A DNA stretch of 61,458 nucleotides, filler included, from Choristocarpus tenellus KU-1152 (lineage: Eukaryota; Protista; Phaeophyceae), in assembly GCA_964200185.2 (NCBI GenBank). It is 11 parts of 11 records of this genome, joined end to end, with 100 filler letters (N's around TTAATTAATTAA, not from the genome) between each part and the next. Parts side by side here need not be neighbours in the genome. Positions count along the whole stretch, not along the records: positions 3,812 to 18,042 come from CAXNAD020001251.1; positions 18,143 to 25,583 come from CAXNAD020006156.1; positions 25,684 to 28,400 come from CAXNAD020025346.1; 8 more parts are not named here. One strand, given 5' to 3'. Both the position numbers and the translations under genes were made by a program. Of the stretch, positions 14,001 through 25,923 are shown in pieces. A model generated the notes under the pieces. It worked only from the letters and a program-made list of their open reading frames with translations, was not told where the DNA came from and ran no database searches. The stretch's first letter is position 1; every line of letters begins with the position of its first letter.

Positions 14001-16372
14001 CTAGTCGACTCAATTGGAACTAGTCCTGAACCCTGAGTCTTCCATCCAGGGTACGTGGTTCCTAGTAATCGTGCAAGGCGTCCATTCCGCTTCTTGGTTT
14101 CTCATGCCCCATCACGATTTCCAAGACCATCCTCTTGCATCCATTTAGAAGGACCATCCGCCCCCTGTTAAAGGTGTTCCAATTATCCACGCTTACTCAT
14201 TCTTCTCCTTCCTGCAAATGGCCCAGCTCCACGTGTGAGATGTGATGTCCTGCTTGCAGCTATAAAAACGTGAAAATGAGTTTCCATGATATCCATTCAT
14301 TGGTCACTCTGTTCCACACGGGTACCTGCTACTCCTGTTGTACGAGCCGCCCTCTTGCAGCCTACCTTCCTTTCTGGGCAAACACAGCTTCCACAGCCTT
14401 AGCTATTGTCAACGCCACGCACTCCCCTAGCTATGCCTCGACCCCCTCTGCTACTTTCGATTCAACGGCTGCCTCGATTTCTGCCACAATGTTTCAGTCA
14501 CCCCCCGAGGTCATGATGTTGCTGACTCTTCCTTCTGCTGCTTCCTCAAATCAAGCACTTCATGCAGGACCTCCTGGTCCGTAGTGCACTATACGGAAGA
14601 TGGCTTGTTTTAAAACGTGTTCGCACACTACCAAAGAGTGTACTGCTTCACCGAGAAGATGATGCTGCGGAATGTGCTTTGTTAAGTTACAGCGGAGAGG
14701 GAGTCCTATCCACAAGGGGGGGTAGTTGCTAATCTCCATAGTGATTCTTACACGCGATTCGGTAGATCACCAAGTGATACATATTCCTAGAATGTTACTT
14801 CAACGTGACTCTATTCCAACATCCCGATCCATCACAAATCTACTGTACTACACACATTATCTTGGTATGTAAATAATTATTACTTCATGTATACTAATAG
14901 CAACATTTTGTGTGTACAGTACTTCAAATTATCTCCTTGTGTGAATTTATGGTGTATATTGCATCACACAGGTGGCCAAGCTTTCTTGTTGAGTCAAGGT
15001 GCAGGGCATGTCATGGTTTTGGTTTTGAGGAGCCGCTGCTGGTAATTGTGTCTGTTTTGCATCATTATTTCTGAACCCTCTTATTGTTTCCTCTCCATGA
15101 AAGCAAAGTCATTGTACTAGTGTGTTGCATTATCAGTAGGTTCACTTTATATCCCCATTGGGTTCATTCAGTATACCAATAGTAATCACAGTAGTAATCA
15201 CAGTGGCAGATTCATCGGAGCTTAAGTGTAGATACCAGCATCTGTATTCTTGACTCCATTGAGCACACTAATGATTTCTGTGTTGCACATTCTTCAAATT
15301 AATTTCTCTTCCTTTTTGCTTCTTCCCTCTCTTTGTCCCCTGTCATGGTGATTACAGTCCCAGTTAGCCTGTGACGAATGCAGCTTCACACCGGAGCTTG
15401 TCTCTAGGAAGACAAGGGTTGGGCGCAACTTGCTTGAAAGTGCCCGTGTAGAGGTGAGGAAGTGGTGAAGGCTAGGTGGTGGCAATTTTTGTATCTTGTC
15501 TATAATGGGCAAGGAAATCGTGCACATGATCTGCGTATTGCATCGGAATTCAGGGCTCTTGTGTCCCTTTGTACACTCAAGTGTCTTCCTCCGGTACATC
15601 AGGCCTTCATTAGTGTTCAGGGGTACTGTATAGTGTTTAGTAATGTTTGTGCTTATTGCTATGATGTATCCCTACCACAATGTCCATGTTTTGAACGATA
15701 TTTTCTATTTGCAGTAGAAGGCAACACATCACCACAGTACACATAAGCCCCACAGGTGTAGTATCACAAACAGATAGTTCGAAGTACTCTAGAACAAAAG
15801 CAATAATCAAGCCCCAAAACACCAGGGTCCTCATGTTGGTGAGATACCAATAATATTATCAATAGTAGTAACCCACGCCTAACTTTGGACTGTACTCTCA
15901 CCCTTCCACCTTCCCCCTCTCTTGTCACACTATATGTCCCTGTTTTGTGCACCAGAGCTTCATTATGTCCCATGACAACGGCCGCCCTCCTGCTCCTGAC
16001 AATTTTTCCCGTGCAATGGTTATTGGACCACGCCGTCAGCGAGAGGTGGCATCATCCAACTCAGATGCCAATTTGCCCCCCCCCCCGATAATCTCAGCAA
16101 ACACAATTAATTCGACAATAATCCCACCCTATGAGGCAGTGGCAGATGTACGACAGGTTGACAAGGTTTCTGTAGTCGCCAGTTCTACTGTAAAGACAGA
16201 GGAGGCCATTCATGGAGGGTGGGGGGAAGAAGAGGTTTCGGAGGAGAATATCTGTAAGGGGGAGGAGGAGGGGGAGGGGGAGGAGGAGGGAGATGAGAAC
16301 AAGAAGAGAGGAGAGGAGGGTGGAGGGGAGAGTAGTGAGAGACTCTTTGCATGTCGAGGTTACTGTCTATAG
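5030..16372 (+). CDS. Multi-exon gene, uncharacterised protein with repeated (R/H/S)LY ... E-CTFxP motifs and acidic C-terminal region
   Basis: Phase-compatible GT-AG exons 5030-5248, 5628-5749, 6479-6626 (YMFKPN), 7252-7382 (VVDRLY...DCTFSPSVN), 8201-8288 (IFEHLY), 9062-9178 (ECTFKPHL), 9474-9589 (ACTFQPDL), 11466-11559 (LFESLY), 15358-15453 (ECSFTPEL), 15956-~16372. Possible further exons at 17350-17433 and 17786-17823. Start and end are uncertain. Confidence 0.8.
8066..8110. repeat. (ATACCCC)n intronic tandem repeat
   Basis: About 6 copies of a 7-mer. Confidence 0.85.
8591..8846 (+). mobile_element. MITE family A (~257 bp, Sola-like ends)
   Basis: TIR GAGTCAAA(G/T)TATCTTAGAGGGTA...TACCCTCTTAGATACTTTCACTC; flanks TCT/TCT. 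Confidence 0.9.
9701..11329 (+). mobile_element. Degenerate Tc1/mariner transposon, plant-type (DD39D/Stowaway-like TIRs), intronic
   Basis: TA|CTACCTCTATCCCATAAG ... CTTATGGCACGGAGGTAG|TA, inserted in a (TA)n tract; contains a frameshifted transposase. Confidence 0.88.
10272..11075 (+). pseudogene. Frameshifted DD39D-type mariner transposase
   Basis: IHVAETWFYV (first-D region), VQHKSHIPKSM, FDGRLSVW, LLPAIKTKMPW...IVVEQDGATTH, DLCFF; split over frames with stops. Confidence 0.85.
11817..14821 (-). mobile_element. Ty1/Copia LTR retrotransposon relic, internally deleted, intronic
   Basis: Direct repeat TGTTCG(C)ACACTACCAAAGAGTGTACTGCTT at 11817 and 14618 (LTR ends). RVT_2-like frames (VVRTKWMFKTK; LKSSLYG...W...ADPCL) at 11845-12400, protease-like VVVGDG...NLCSV at ~13250-13400, gag-like region ~13900-14200. 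Right boundary approximate and no TSD found. Confidence 0.85.
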
Positions 16373-17904
16373 TGGGGAGCAAGGAAGACAGATTGTAGTT
16401 GTAGATATAGAAACTAGACCCTTACTATGTTTCACAGTTTTTTGTCTTTCAGCGTTGAGTGTTGTGTGCTTTACCACTGGTTGATACTATTGTATAATTA
16501 TTTCTGCATTGTTTGATGGGAAGGTATGCAGGAAAAGGACAGAGCATCCTCTTTGGCATGTCAATCGTTAGGAGACTGTTGCCATGTAGACTGCCTAAAT
16601 ATGCTCCCGAAGGTGTCAGAGATTAAGGCATTTGAGTGCTTTTTGTCTCACCCTGTCCTGGATAACTCTTTTTGGTGTTTTTTGTATGTTGTGTATTGTG
16701 GAGGAAACAGTTGCTGTAACTTGTGTAGTATTGTCACTATACTGCTGAAAGCGGACATGTTTGTATCACTATAGGTGAAGAATGTTGTCAAATTGTTGGG
16801 AAATATAGCTCGAAAAAAGTTACTTAAGTTTTAGTACCATTGCATGATTTCTGAAGAGGGGGAATAGAAAGCGAGTTAGTAGAATCAGAGTGGTGCTCTG
16901 TGTGTTTAGGTGAATGGATGGAATATTTGTGTCTGAATATTATGCCTGGGTTGTGACGTGTTTGCTCCCTTGAATATCAAATTCCTGCTATAGTTGTGGA
17001 GTGTGAAGTGAAGCGCATTACTCTTGCTGCACTACTGCACAGCTTATCAAAAATGGAAATAGCCTCATCCTTGATGCACATTACTATAGGAGTGGAAAAT
17101 TAGCAGTATAAAAGGGGTTTTGGGACAGGATGTCAAAAAATGGGGATAGCCACATCCGGCATCCACATTTCTGAGCAAAACAAAAAAAAACTCCATTACT
17201 TATTTTCTTTTGAAACAGCTTTGCACAAAAGGGGGATAGCATCCAACATTCCACAATACGTCAGCAAACATGCATACTTTTAAAAAGTCAGTTGTCACTG
17301 TACGAGTTCAAATTAATGAACAGTTTGTAGATGCAAGAATAAGTTACAGGTGAAGGGCACAGCTTGGCAGCGGGAGGAGATGGTCTACCGTCAAAGTCGT
17401 AGAAAGGATGAAAACTTCAAGCAAACGAATGAGGTATGCTAATACTTTGGTGATGGTGATACACATAAATGCCGAACAGTGTCATGCAACACCCACAAAT
17501 TCGAACAATTGGTTTACTGTTAGTACCCTATACTACTGGACTAGACAACTGAAGACTTGATTGAGGACAAGGACAACAAGCAACTGTGCAGTTAGGACAT
17601 TGAAACGCTCAATACCACCTTGTTGCTATGCCCGAAACTCTTGACTACAAAATTTACTCGATGTGCTCCTCAACACTTGACTACAAAACATGCAGAACAT
17701 CATTCTTCAGTTGTTGTATGTTGTGGACTCTTCTTTTTTTAGACTAACGTATTTTGATTATGTTTTTTTACTGTTGTAAAATAGGTGCACCGTAGACAAG
17801 AACGAGACACACCTTTAGTTTAACGCATCGTAACACAAGTCTTAAAGGATTGGGTTTGATGTTGTTAACATTAAGTTTAAGTACTACTAATATACTAATA
17901 TATT

Positions 17905-18042
17905 ATATTATTATGCCCTCTGACATTTTGCAGATGTGTCAAGGGGAAAACCAATGAAAACTATACATATGTCGTTATTAGCCCTAAAGAAATCAAATAT
18001 CCTAAACGTGAGAACACTATAAAACACTGCGAGTGTGGAAAC
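17905..18042 (+). repeat. Dispersed AT-rich repeat with short internal hairpin (family C)
   Basis: TTATGCCCTCTGACATTTTGCAGATGTGTCAAGGGGAAAACCAATGAAAA; similar sequence at ~28258-28310 (+) and ~36958-37012 (-). Confidence 0.65.
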
Positions 18043-18142
18043 NNNNNNNNNNNNNNNNNNNNNNNNNNNNNNNNNNNNNNNNNNNNTTAATTAATTAANN
18101 NNNNNNNNNNNNNNNNNNNNNNNNNNNNNNNNNNNNNNNNNN
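18043..18142. other. Artificial assembly linker
   Basis: N44-TTAATTAATTAA-N44. Confidence 0.97.
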
Positions 18143-20755
18143 GTGTACAGGCTTTGAACCACAGATAATTTGAGGGAATCAAATATGAGATTGGGGATAT
18201 CACCCCCACATGCAGAGGTGGTGTGCACCCTTTCGAATAAACGCAAGCAACCACATAACATCGAATCCAAAAATGGTCACATCACAACCGCCGAGAGGTG
18301 GTGTGCACACGGTTTGGAACACAAAGCAACACAGGAAATCGTATCTAAAAATGCTGGAATATCCACAATGGACAGGTGGTGTGAAAACGAATGGGACCAC
18401 GAATAATTGCAGGACATAAATCTAAAAATGGTAATTTAAATACCATGGACAGGTGGTGTGTACAGACTTTGGAGCACAGATAATTTGAGGGAATCGAATA
18501 CAAGATTGGGGATATCACCCCCACATGGACAGGTGGTGTGCACACGGTTTGGAGCACAAAGCAACACAAGAAGTAGTATCTAAAAATGCTGGAATATCCA
18601 CAATGGACAGGTGGTGTGAAAACGGATGGCATCACAAATAATTACAGGGCATCGAACCCCAAAATGGTAATATAACCACCATGGACAGGTGATGTGTACA
18701 CGCTTTGGAGCACAGAAAATTTGAGGGAATCGAATACAAGATTAGGGATATCACCCCCACATGGACAACCCCACGTGGACAGGTGGTGTTCACCCTTTCG
18801 AATAAACGCATGCAAACATATAACATCGAATCCCAAAATAGTCACATCACCACCACGGAGTGATGGTGTGCACACGGTTTGGAACACAAAGCAAAACAGG
18901 AAATCGTATGAGAAAATGCTGAAATATCCACTATAGACAGGTGGTGTGTATACAAACGAGTGAAAGTATCTTAGGGGGTACGAGTTTTGCCCTGTTTGTC
19001 CATTTCAAGCTTGGCTTCCCATGGTGTTTCTTATGATATTTTCCTATTCCAAAGTGTTTAGGAGTAGGTAAAATGTGTACGTTATGAAAAGGTGTGTCCA
19101 AAACGTAGATCTTGACATTTCCTAACAAACGCGATAGCCAAAATTATATCAAAATCACATCATTGGATTTTGACCCCCAAAAGGACGCGGCTCTACCCTC
19201 TAAGATACTTTGGCTTAAACGCGACCACGAATAATTACTGGGCATCGAATACAAAAAAGGTAATTTAACCACCATGGACAGGTGGTGTGTACAAGCTTTG
19301 GAGCACAGATAATTTGAGAGAATCGAATATGAGATTGGGGATATCACCCCCACATGGACAGGTGGTTTGCACCCTTTCGAATAAGCACAAGCAACCACAT
19401 AACATCGAGTCCCAAAATAGTCACATCACCACCGCGGAGAGGTGGTGTGCACACGGTTTGGAGCACAAAGCAACACAGGAAATCGTGTATCAAAATGCTG
19501 GAATATCCACATTGGACAGGTGGCGTTTATACAAACGTGACCACGAATAATTACAGGGCATCGAATCCAAACATTGTAATTATCCACCGTGGACAGGTGG
19601 TGTGTACACGCTTTGGAGCACAGATAATGTTAGAGAATCAAATACAAGATTGGGGATATCACCCCCACATGGACAGGTGGTGTGCACCCTTTCGAATAAA
19701 CGCAAGCAAACACATAACATCGAATCCCAAAATGGTCACATTACCACCACAGAGAGGTGGTGTGCACACGGTTTGGAGCACAAAGCAACATAGGAAATCG
19801 TATGTAAAAATGCTGGAGTATCCATGATGGACAGGTGGTGTGCAAACGGATCGGACCACGAATAATTTCAGGGCATCGAATCCAAACATGGTAATTTAAC
19901 CGCCATGGACAGGTGGTGTGTACAGGCTTTGGATCACAGATAATTTGAGGGAATCAAATATAAGATTGGGGATATCACCCCCACATCGACAAGTGGTGTG
20001 CACCCTTTCGAATAAACGCAAGCAACCACATAACATCGAATCCCAAAAGGATCACATCACCACCACGGAGAGTTGGTGTGCACACGGTTTGGAGCACAAA
20101 GCAAAATAGGAAATCTTATCTAAAACTGCTGGAATATTCATAATGGACAGGTGGTGTGAAAGCGAATGGAACCACCAATAAATATAGGGCATTGAATCCA
20201 AAAAATGAAATTTAACCACCATTTGCAGGTGGTGTGTACACGCTTTGGAGTACAGAAAATTTGAGGGAATCGAATATGAGATTGGGATATCACCCCACAT
20301 GGACAGGTGGTGTGCACCCTTTCGAATAAACGCAAACAACGACAAAATATGAAATCCAAAATTGATCACCTCACTACCGCGGAGAGGTGGTGTGCACACG
20401 ATTAGGAGCGCAAGCAATGCATGAAATCGTATTTAATAATGCTGGAATATACACAATGGTTATGTGGTGTATAAACGGATGGGATCACAAATAAATACAG
20501 GGCATCGAATCCAAAAATGGTAATTTAAATACCATGGACAGGTGGTGTGTACAGGCTTTGGAGCACAGATAATTTGAGGGAATCGAATACAAGATTGGGG
20601 ATATCACCCCCACATGGACAGGTGGTGTGCACCCTTTCGAATAAACGCAAGCAACCACATAACATCGAATCCAAAAAAGGACACATCACCACCGCGGAGA
20701 GGTGGTGTGCACAAGGTTTGGAGCATAAAGCAACACAGGAAATATAATATCCACC
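18143..20755. repeat. Higher-order satellite: four diverged ~77-81-nt monomers forming a ~315-nt unit
   Basis: Core ATGGACAGGTGGTGTG (variant CGGAGAGGTGGTGTG) every ~79 nt, about 30 times. The same monomer recurs at 19274, 19589, 19905, 20221 and 20534. The array runs into the gap on the left. Confidence 0.93.
18958..19216 (-). mobile_element. MITE family A inserted in the satellite
   Basis: GAGTGAAAGTATCTTAG...CTAAGATACTTTGGCTT; TSD AAAC; the uninterrupted site is visible in the monomer near 19530. Confidence 0.9.
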
Positions 20756-21154
20756 TTTTGGGGGCCCACCTTTTGGTTCCCTTTGGAGGCATTGCGGCGT
20801 CAGGTGGTTGTACTTCACCTCGTAATTGATCGCTAGATTTCTTCATGGAGTGGGCACGTTCAAAATGGGACAGGAGGACAAACAGAAAGAGAGAGGAAAT
20901 ATTTGTGCGCATCGAGTCAGGTTCAGAGAGGATGGCATTAGGCGGTCGGTTCACACCATCTTCCAGCCGTACACAAACGATCACATTGCACGAGGTGACA
21001 GTTTTGTATTTTTTTACCTTCCGATACGCCCGGTATTCAGCGTAACGTATGTCGCACAGGGATAGTCACACACGAGGACGGTTCCCATGCAAGTGATACA
21101 CGCATACCCTCTCCTGACCAAGAGGGTATGGTCCTGTTATATATTCTATTTTCG

Positions 21155-21412
21155 GAGTGAAAGTATCTTAGAGGGTACGAGTTTTGCCCTGTTTGTCCAC
21201 TTGGGGCTTGGCTTCCCATGGGTTTTTAATGGGATTTTACCTAATCTAAAGTGGTTTGGAGAGGTAAAATTTGTACATTATGAAAAGGTGTGTCCGGAAC
21301 AAGAATGTTGACACTTCCTAACAAATGCGATAGCCAAAATCACATCAAGATTCCAATATTGGATTTTGGCCACCAAATGGACGCGACCCTACCCTCTAAG
21401 ATACTTTGACCC
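21155..21412 (-). mobile_element. MITE family A
   Basis: Both TIRs present; TSD TTCG. Confidence 0.9.
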
Positions 21413-21837
21413 TTCGATTGTGTAACAACCGAACCATTGTCCGTACAACAACAACCGCCTTTATTGAATGTTTTACCCCTATTATAAAATAGTATATATA
21501 TATGTTGCTGTTACGAACAGGCCACTTCGGGTGTTCCTTCTTCTACCATAAAAACGGATATTTAATAAACAGGATTTTGCACTCTTGACATATGTCTCGA
21601 AACTTCTATGCATGACGAATGTGTTGAATGGAACAAAAAAAATATATAGTTATATATATATAACTCTTTACCTGCTAATCCTTAATTAGAGTGAAAGGGT
21701 GAAAACTTAGTGTTGGTATCTTCTTTTGCATAGATTCGCGGTTCTTTACTCTTACATTGGAACAAAAACATATATTCACACTTCGCCTAGTGTTATATTA
21801 TATTGCACAACAAAGAAAAAATTTCGCCAAATTACAT

Positions 21838-24800
21838 ATGCGAGAGAGACCCCACACTTCCTCACTCTCTCCCAACAAAGCAACAGGTCTGGACAATATT
21901 GAGGAATTCATCGTTGCGGTTGTTCAAGGGGACCACACATCCCTCGCACCGCAGATGTACGATGACGACCCGCCAGCCACTAGGGGATCTCTCTAAGAAC
22001 GGGACTGAATTCGTGGACTTCGAAGGGGTAGACACCAGGACATCCCAAAGGCAAGACAACGTCTGGTCGCAGCGAGACACTCAAATGTGGCCTGTGCGTT
22101 CTGTAATCGCCTCAATGGGGGATTAGTGCTTGAAGAATAGGCTTAGCGAAGCATATGGTCACCATACCCTTCCAAAATTACACATTTGCATCGAAAATCG
22201 AGAGATATGGTATTCACTACTTCCGCCGTAGTTCCGAGCCGGTGACGCACACCTCCTCCCATAAAGAGCAGAACGAAACCTATCGACGAAGCTCGTGTGC
22301 TCCGATATCCGCGTTCCGATACCTATCGGAACCAAACGATTTTCCTTACAGTTTCCGTTTCCGATCCCAACCATAGCACCTGTCCCGACCCTAACCCTAT
22401 GCCCCAACCCTTACACTCTCTCTCACCCTTACATGTTGATGAAATAATACCGATTCATATTTCCCCCTTCCTTCATCTGCTCGCCTCATGTCACACTTTG
22501 TCATACTTTACCGTTGGTCAAAGCATAGCAAATATTGCGGCTGTCCACATACAAACCTACTTCGAGTCACACTAATCATGTCATTCTCGCCGAACGTTGT
22601 TCCGCAACAGAGTGTGGCGAAAGTTGCTGCAGTCGACATACCAACTTTTTCGAGCCACACACACCCAAATCATCGTCCTGGACTCACCACAAAACCCTAT
22701 CACTATCTCGTGCCCCCATAGACCAAGGGGCGCATACGATGGTATGCGCATATGGGGCTATGTGTTGACCTACATCACATGTAACCTTCAATATTGATTC
22801 AACAAAATATATAGTGCACATTAGTATACCGTTTGTCAGAACACGTCAATTGTGATACATACGCGAGAACATGATGTCAGGGGCGACACCCACCATGCAC
22901 CTGTCAACTGCTTTCCAACAGAAATTCGTACCAAAACATACTTCGTACCGTTGGATAAACTACCCCCAGTCACCTCGTCCTACACATGCTTCATCCTTTT
23001 TTTGGTAACCTTTTGTATGTGGCTCGCGATTGATCGCATATGCGACGCACACATTTTCAAGAGAATATAATCAAGGCAGTTTCGGTTGTTGATGCGTCAA
23101 ACACACCCTTCTCTATGCTTTCAAAGTGGGGTGTCATTCACCACGGCCCATTTCCGTTGAGCACCTAGAGTGACGAAACATTGTGCGCGAGCACCTTTTC
23201 CCCAAGAAAGATGCAATATTACTGAGGTTCGCATGATGAGGATCGATCACTAGTGTCAAAGGAAACAAACCCACCCAACTTACATCGTGATCTCCTTTCG
23301 ATCCCACTCAGGAGACGGGGACTAAAGAGACTACCCAAGACCAGTGCCGCCCGTCGTGGAAGAAATCCAAAACGGACCAGATAATGGACCTTTTCCTCTC
23401 CATGTTTGTCAACCACAATGGCTCAGAAGAGATGGAAGGAAGCGGCCGCACTTGGAACGACCTTGCCTCTTGGTTGTTGGATGAGAAGAGCAGATTTACA
23501 CCGTTGGCAAGTGCACTGCGAGTTGTGTTGGGTCGGGAACAACGCGAGTCAATGCCTGATCTCCAGGTTTATACATTCCTCCAATGCATAAAGAATGATC
23601 TTAGCACCGACCACACGCACCAGGTGTACAAGTCTGTCCTCGTCAGCATCGCTCCCGATGTCATAGTAGGCGACGACGGGGTGACATCAACGTTTCAACC
23701 ACTTCTGTCTGTCACAGCAAAAAAGTAAAACATCAGCATCGACACACTAAGATCGTCCGCCGAAAAACGCACGGAATTCTTGCGAGACATGCGGCAACAG
23801 GTGAGCCCATCCGAATCGGCTGCAGATGACGTTGGGGGCTTCTCTCCCAGCTCAAACATAAACGTCGCTCACGACTATACTCCAGGCACCGCACACAGGT
23901 ATGGAAGTTCGTTTCTCTCGCGACCGCCAACAGCGTGACACTAAAAACTTCCCCCCCCCGGGCAAACACATTCACTGTGTATGTAGAAAACAGTTTAATC
24001 ACTAACAGGGATGCCCGGATGATCCTTCATATTTTGCTGCACAACCGACACACACGCCCCGTATCTCCCATCGTTCCTCGCACAAAACAGCAGCACAAGG
24101 GTGTTCAATGTGAAAAGGGACAACTCCTCACGACAGTTCCATATCTTGCATCCTGATACACATGTTCTGGGTATCACCGTGTGGGAGAGCAACAGCACCG
24201 CCATGCCCCATGATCCGGTCACATCTCATCATGCCGCCCAGGGAATGCACTACTTAGACCCGCATACGAACGAGAGAGTTTGCCATCCTGATGCGCTGTG
24301 CCAACAGCACGCTCAGAGGTACTCAATACTAGCGAGTGCCATCCTCGCTAATATTGCGCGTGTATCCACCCTCGACACTTCATGGATTAATCACAGTGCA
24401 ACATTTTCACCCTTCAACAAAACTATTACATTACACCACATATACACATGGTGCAACCCACGTCACAACAGGTCACAGATTGGCACAGATGAGGATGTCT
24501 ATGCCAACTTCCAGGAGAGATTCGAACAGGGGGAGATCCCAGGACCAATACCCTGTCTGTCGACATTCGTGAAGTGGAGACCGTTCTACGTTTCAAAGGC
24601 CACGCCAAGGTATGTGCGGAAATAGAGCCTATGGTTTTTTTGGATACACGCTACACTGGCGACCGGGCATCTCTACATTTTCCTAACCGCCACAGTATAG
24701 TCTGTCACGTTATTATGCATCATGAGTGTCCACACACAAGCGAGGATAACCCACCAACCGTATTCCTCCCTCCACTCTCCTGCGCAACACAGATCATGCG

Positions 24801-25516
24801 TTTGCATCCACCACATGGCCACCGACCTCGAGGTTCAGTGCCTAAGAGAGAACTGGAAGAGAGTACGTGGAAGAATGAGCTTTCGCGACGATGGACAATG
24901 CGCTTGCGCATGCACATGCGAATTCTGCGACAAAGGCAAAGGATGCGGGTATAAGGAAGTGGAGACCGCACTCGAAAGTGGTGCTCATTTAATGGCCTTC
25001 CTCTTGTAAGCTTGTCTTCCAAACCACATCCCTTTTGATGAGGCGAATGAGTTATAGTCACGAGCTGTAATGGTTATCCAACATAATGAGACCACACTAA
25101 AGATACATACACCAACGTACATCACACACACCCAAACTGTTTCACTACGTACTCTACGTATGTACGTGTACTGCAGTCAAAACCATACTCCACCAGTGAC
25201 GTTCCATCCGCTACTCAAACATCCGCACCACACTGACAACAAAAACCGCTCGTATGGACTAATCAAAACAAAGCAATGCGACAGGACAATGCTGGAACCC
25301 CTCAGCGAACCGTCCTCTGGCGGTTCCTTGGACGGTCTCAAAAATTCATGTGTCGACAGTACATGTCACCTGTGCAACTGGAAATCTCACCCCATGTGGA
25401 AGTGCCCTTGTATGCTGGACGCTCACAACACCCGTGTCACATGGAGCGAGTTCGTCCACGCATACACCCCGGTGGTAGAGGCAGATCTGCAACAAAAGAC
25501 TTGCGAGGAATTAAAG
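21838..25516 (+). CDS. Intron-containing Cys/His-rich putative DNA-transposon transposase (N-terminal part, Sola2-like), 5' part degenerate, truncated by gap
   Basis: Phase-consistent exons ...24318, 24472-24609, 24793-25005, 25285-25516 splice to RSQIGTDEDVYANFQERF...PCLSTFVKWRPFYVSKATPRSCVCIHH...CACACTCEFC...CVDSTCHLC...VTWSEF. This matches, from my recollection of the family, the SxFxxLRPxxV...CxCxxH...CxxxxCxxC...VxWxxW region before the catalytic core of Sola2-type transposases. Upstream frames (21838-23790, incl. a broken CxxC...H finger at ~22085-22160) carry stops or frameshifts. Confidence 0.6.
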
Positions 25517-25583
25517 GTAGGCCTTACCCAAACACTCAACAACTGACTAAGTCTTGAAGACGAACCTGTCCGGTCCCACCCTC

Positions 25584-25683
25584 NNNNNNNNNNNNNNNNN
25601 NNNNNNNNNNNNNNNNNNNNNNNNNNNTTAATTAATTAANNNNNNNNNNNNNNNNNNNNNNNNNNNNNNNNNNNNNNNNNNNN
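25584..25683. other. Artificial assembly linker
   Basis: N44-TTAATTAATTAA-N44. Confidence 0.97.
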
Positions 25684-25923
25684 GGGTAGAGCCGCGTCCA
25701 TTTGGGGGTCAAAATCCAATGTTACGATTTTGATGTAGTTTTGGCTATCGTGTTTGTTAGGAAGTGTCAATATGTATGTTTCAGACACGAGTTTTCAAAA
25801 CGTATAATTTTTTCCTACTCCGAAACATTTTGGAGTAGGAAAGTGTCGTAAAAGACCCATGTGAAGCCAAGCCCCAAATGGACAAACAGGGCAAAATTCG
25901 TACCCTCTAAGATACTTTCACTC
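25684..25923 (+). mobile_element. MITE family A (5' end cut by gap)
   Basis: Internal similarity to other copies; ends AGATACTTTCACTC. Confidence 0.88.

Noticed and set aside
18143-20755. CRISPR-like array (conserved repeat plus ~63-nt spacers)
   Set aside because: The spacers recur in a fixed four-step cycle and are mutually homologous, there are no cas genes, and the context is eukaryotic.
18170-20829. Many overlapping ORFs in the satellite
   Set aside because: Monomer lengths are mostly not multiples of three and the frame shifts between copies, so these are repeat artefacts.
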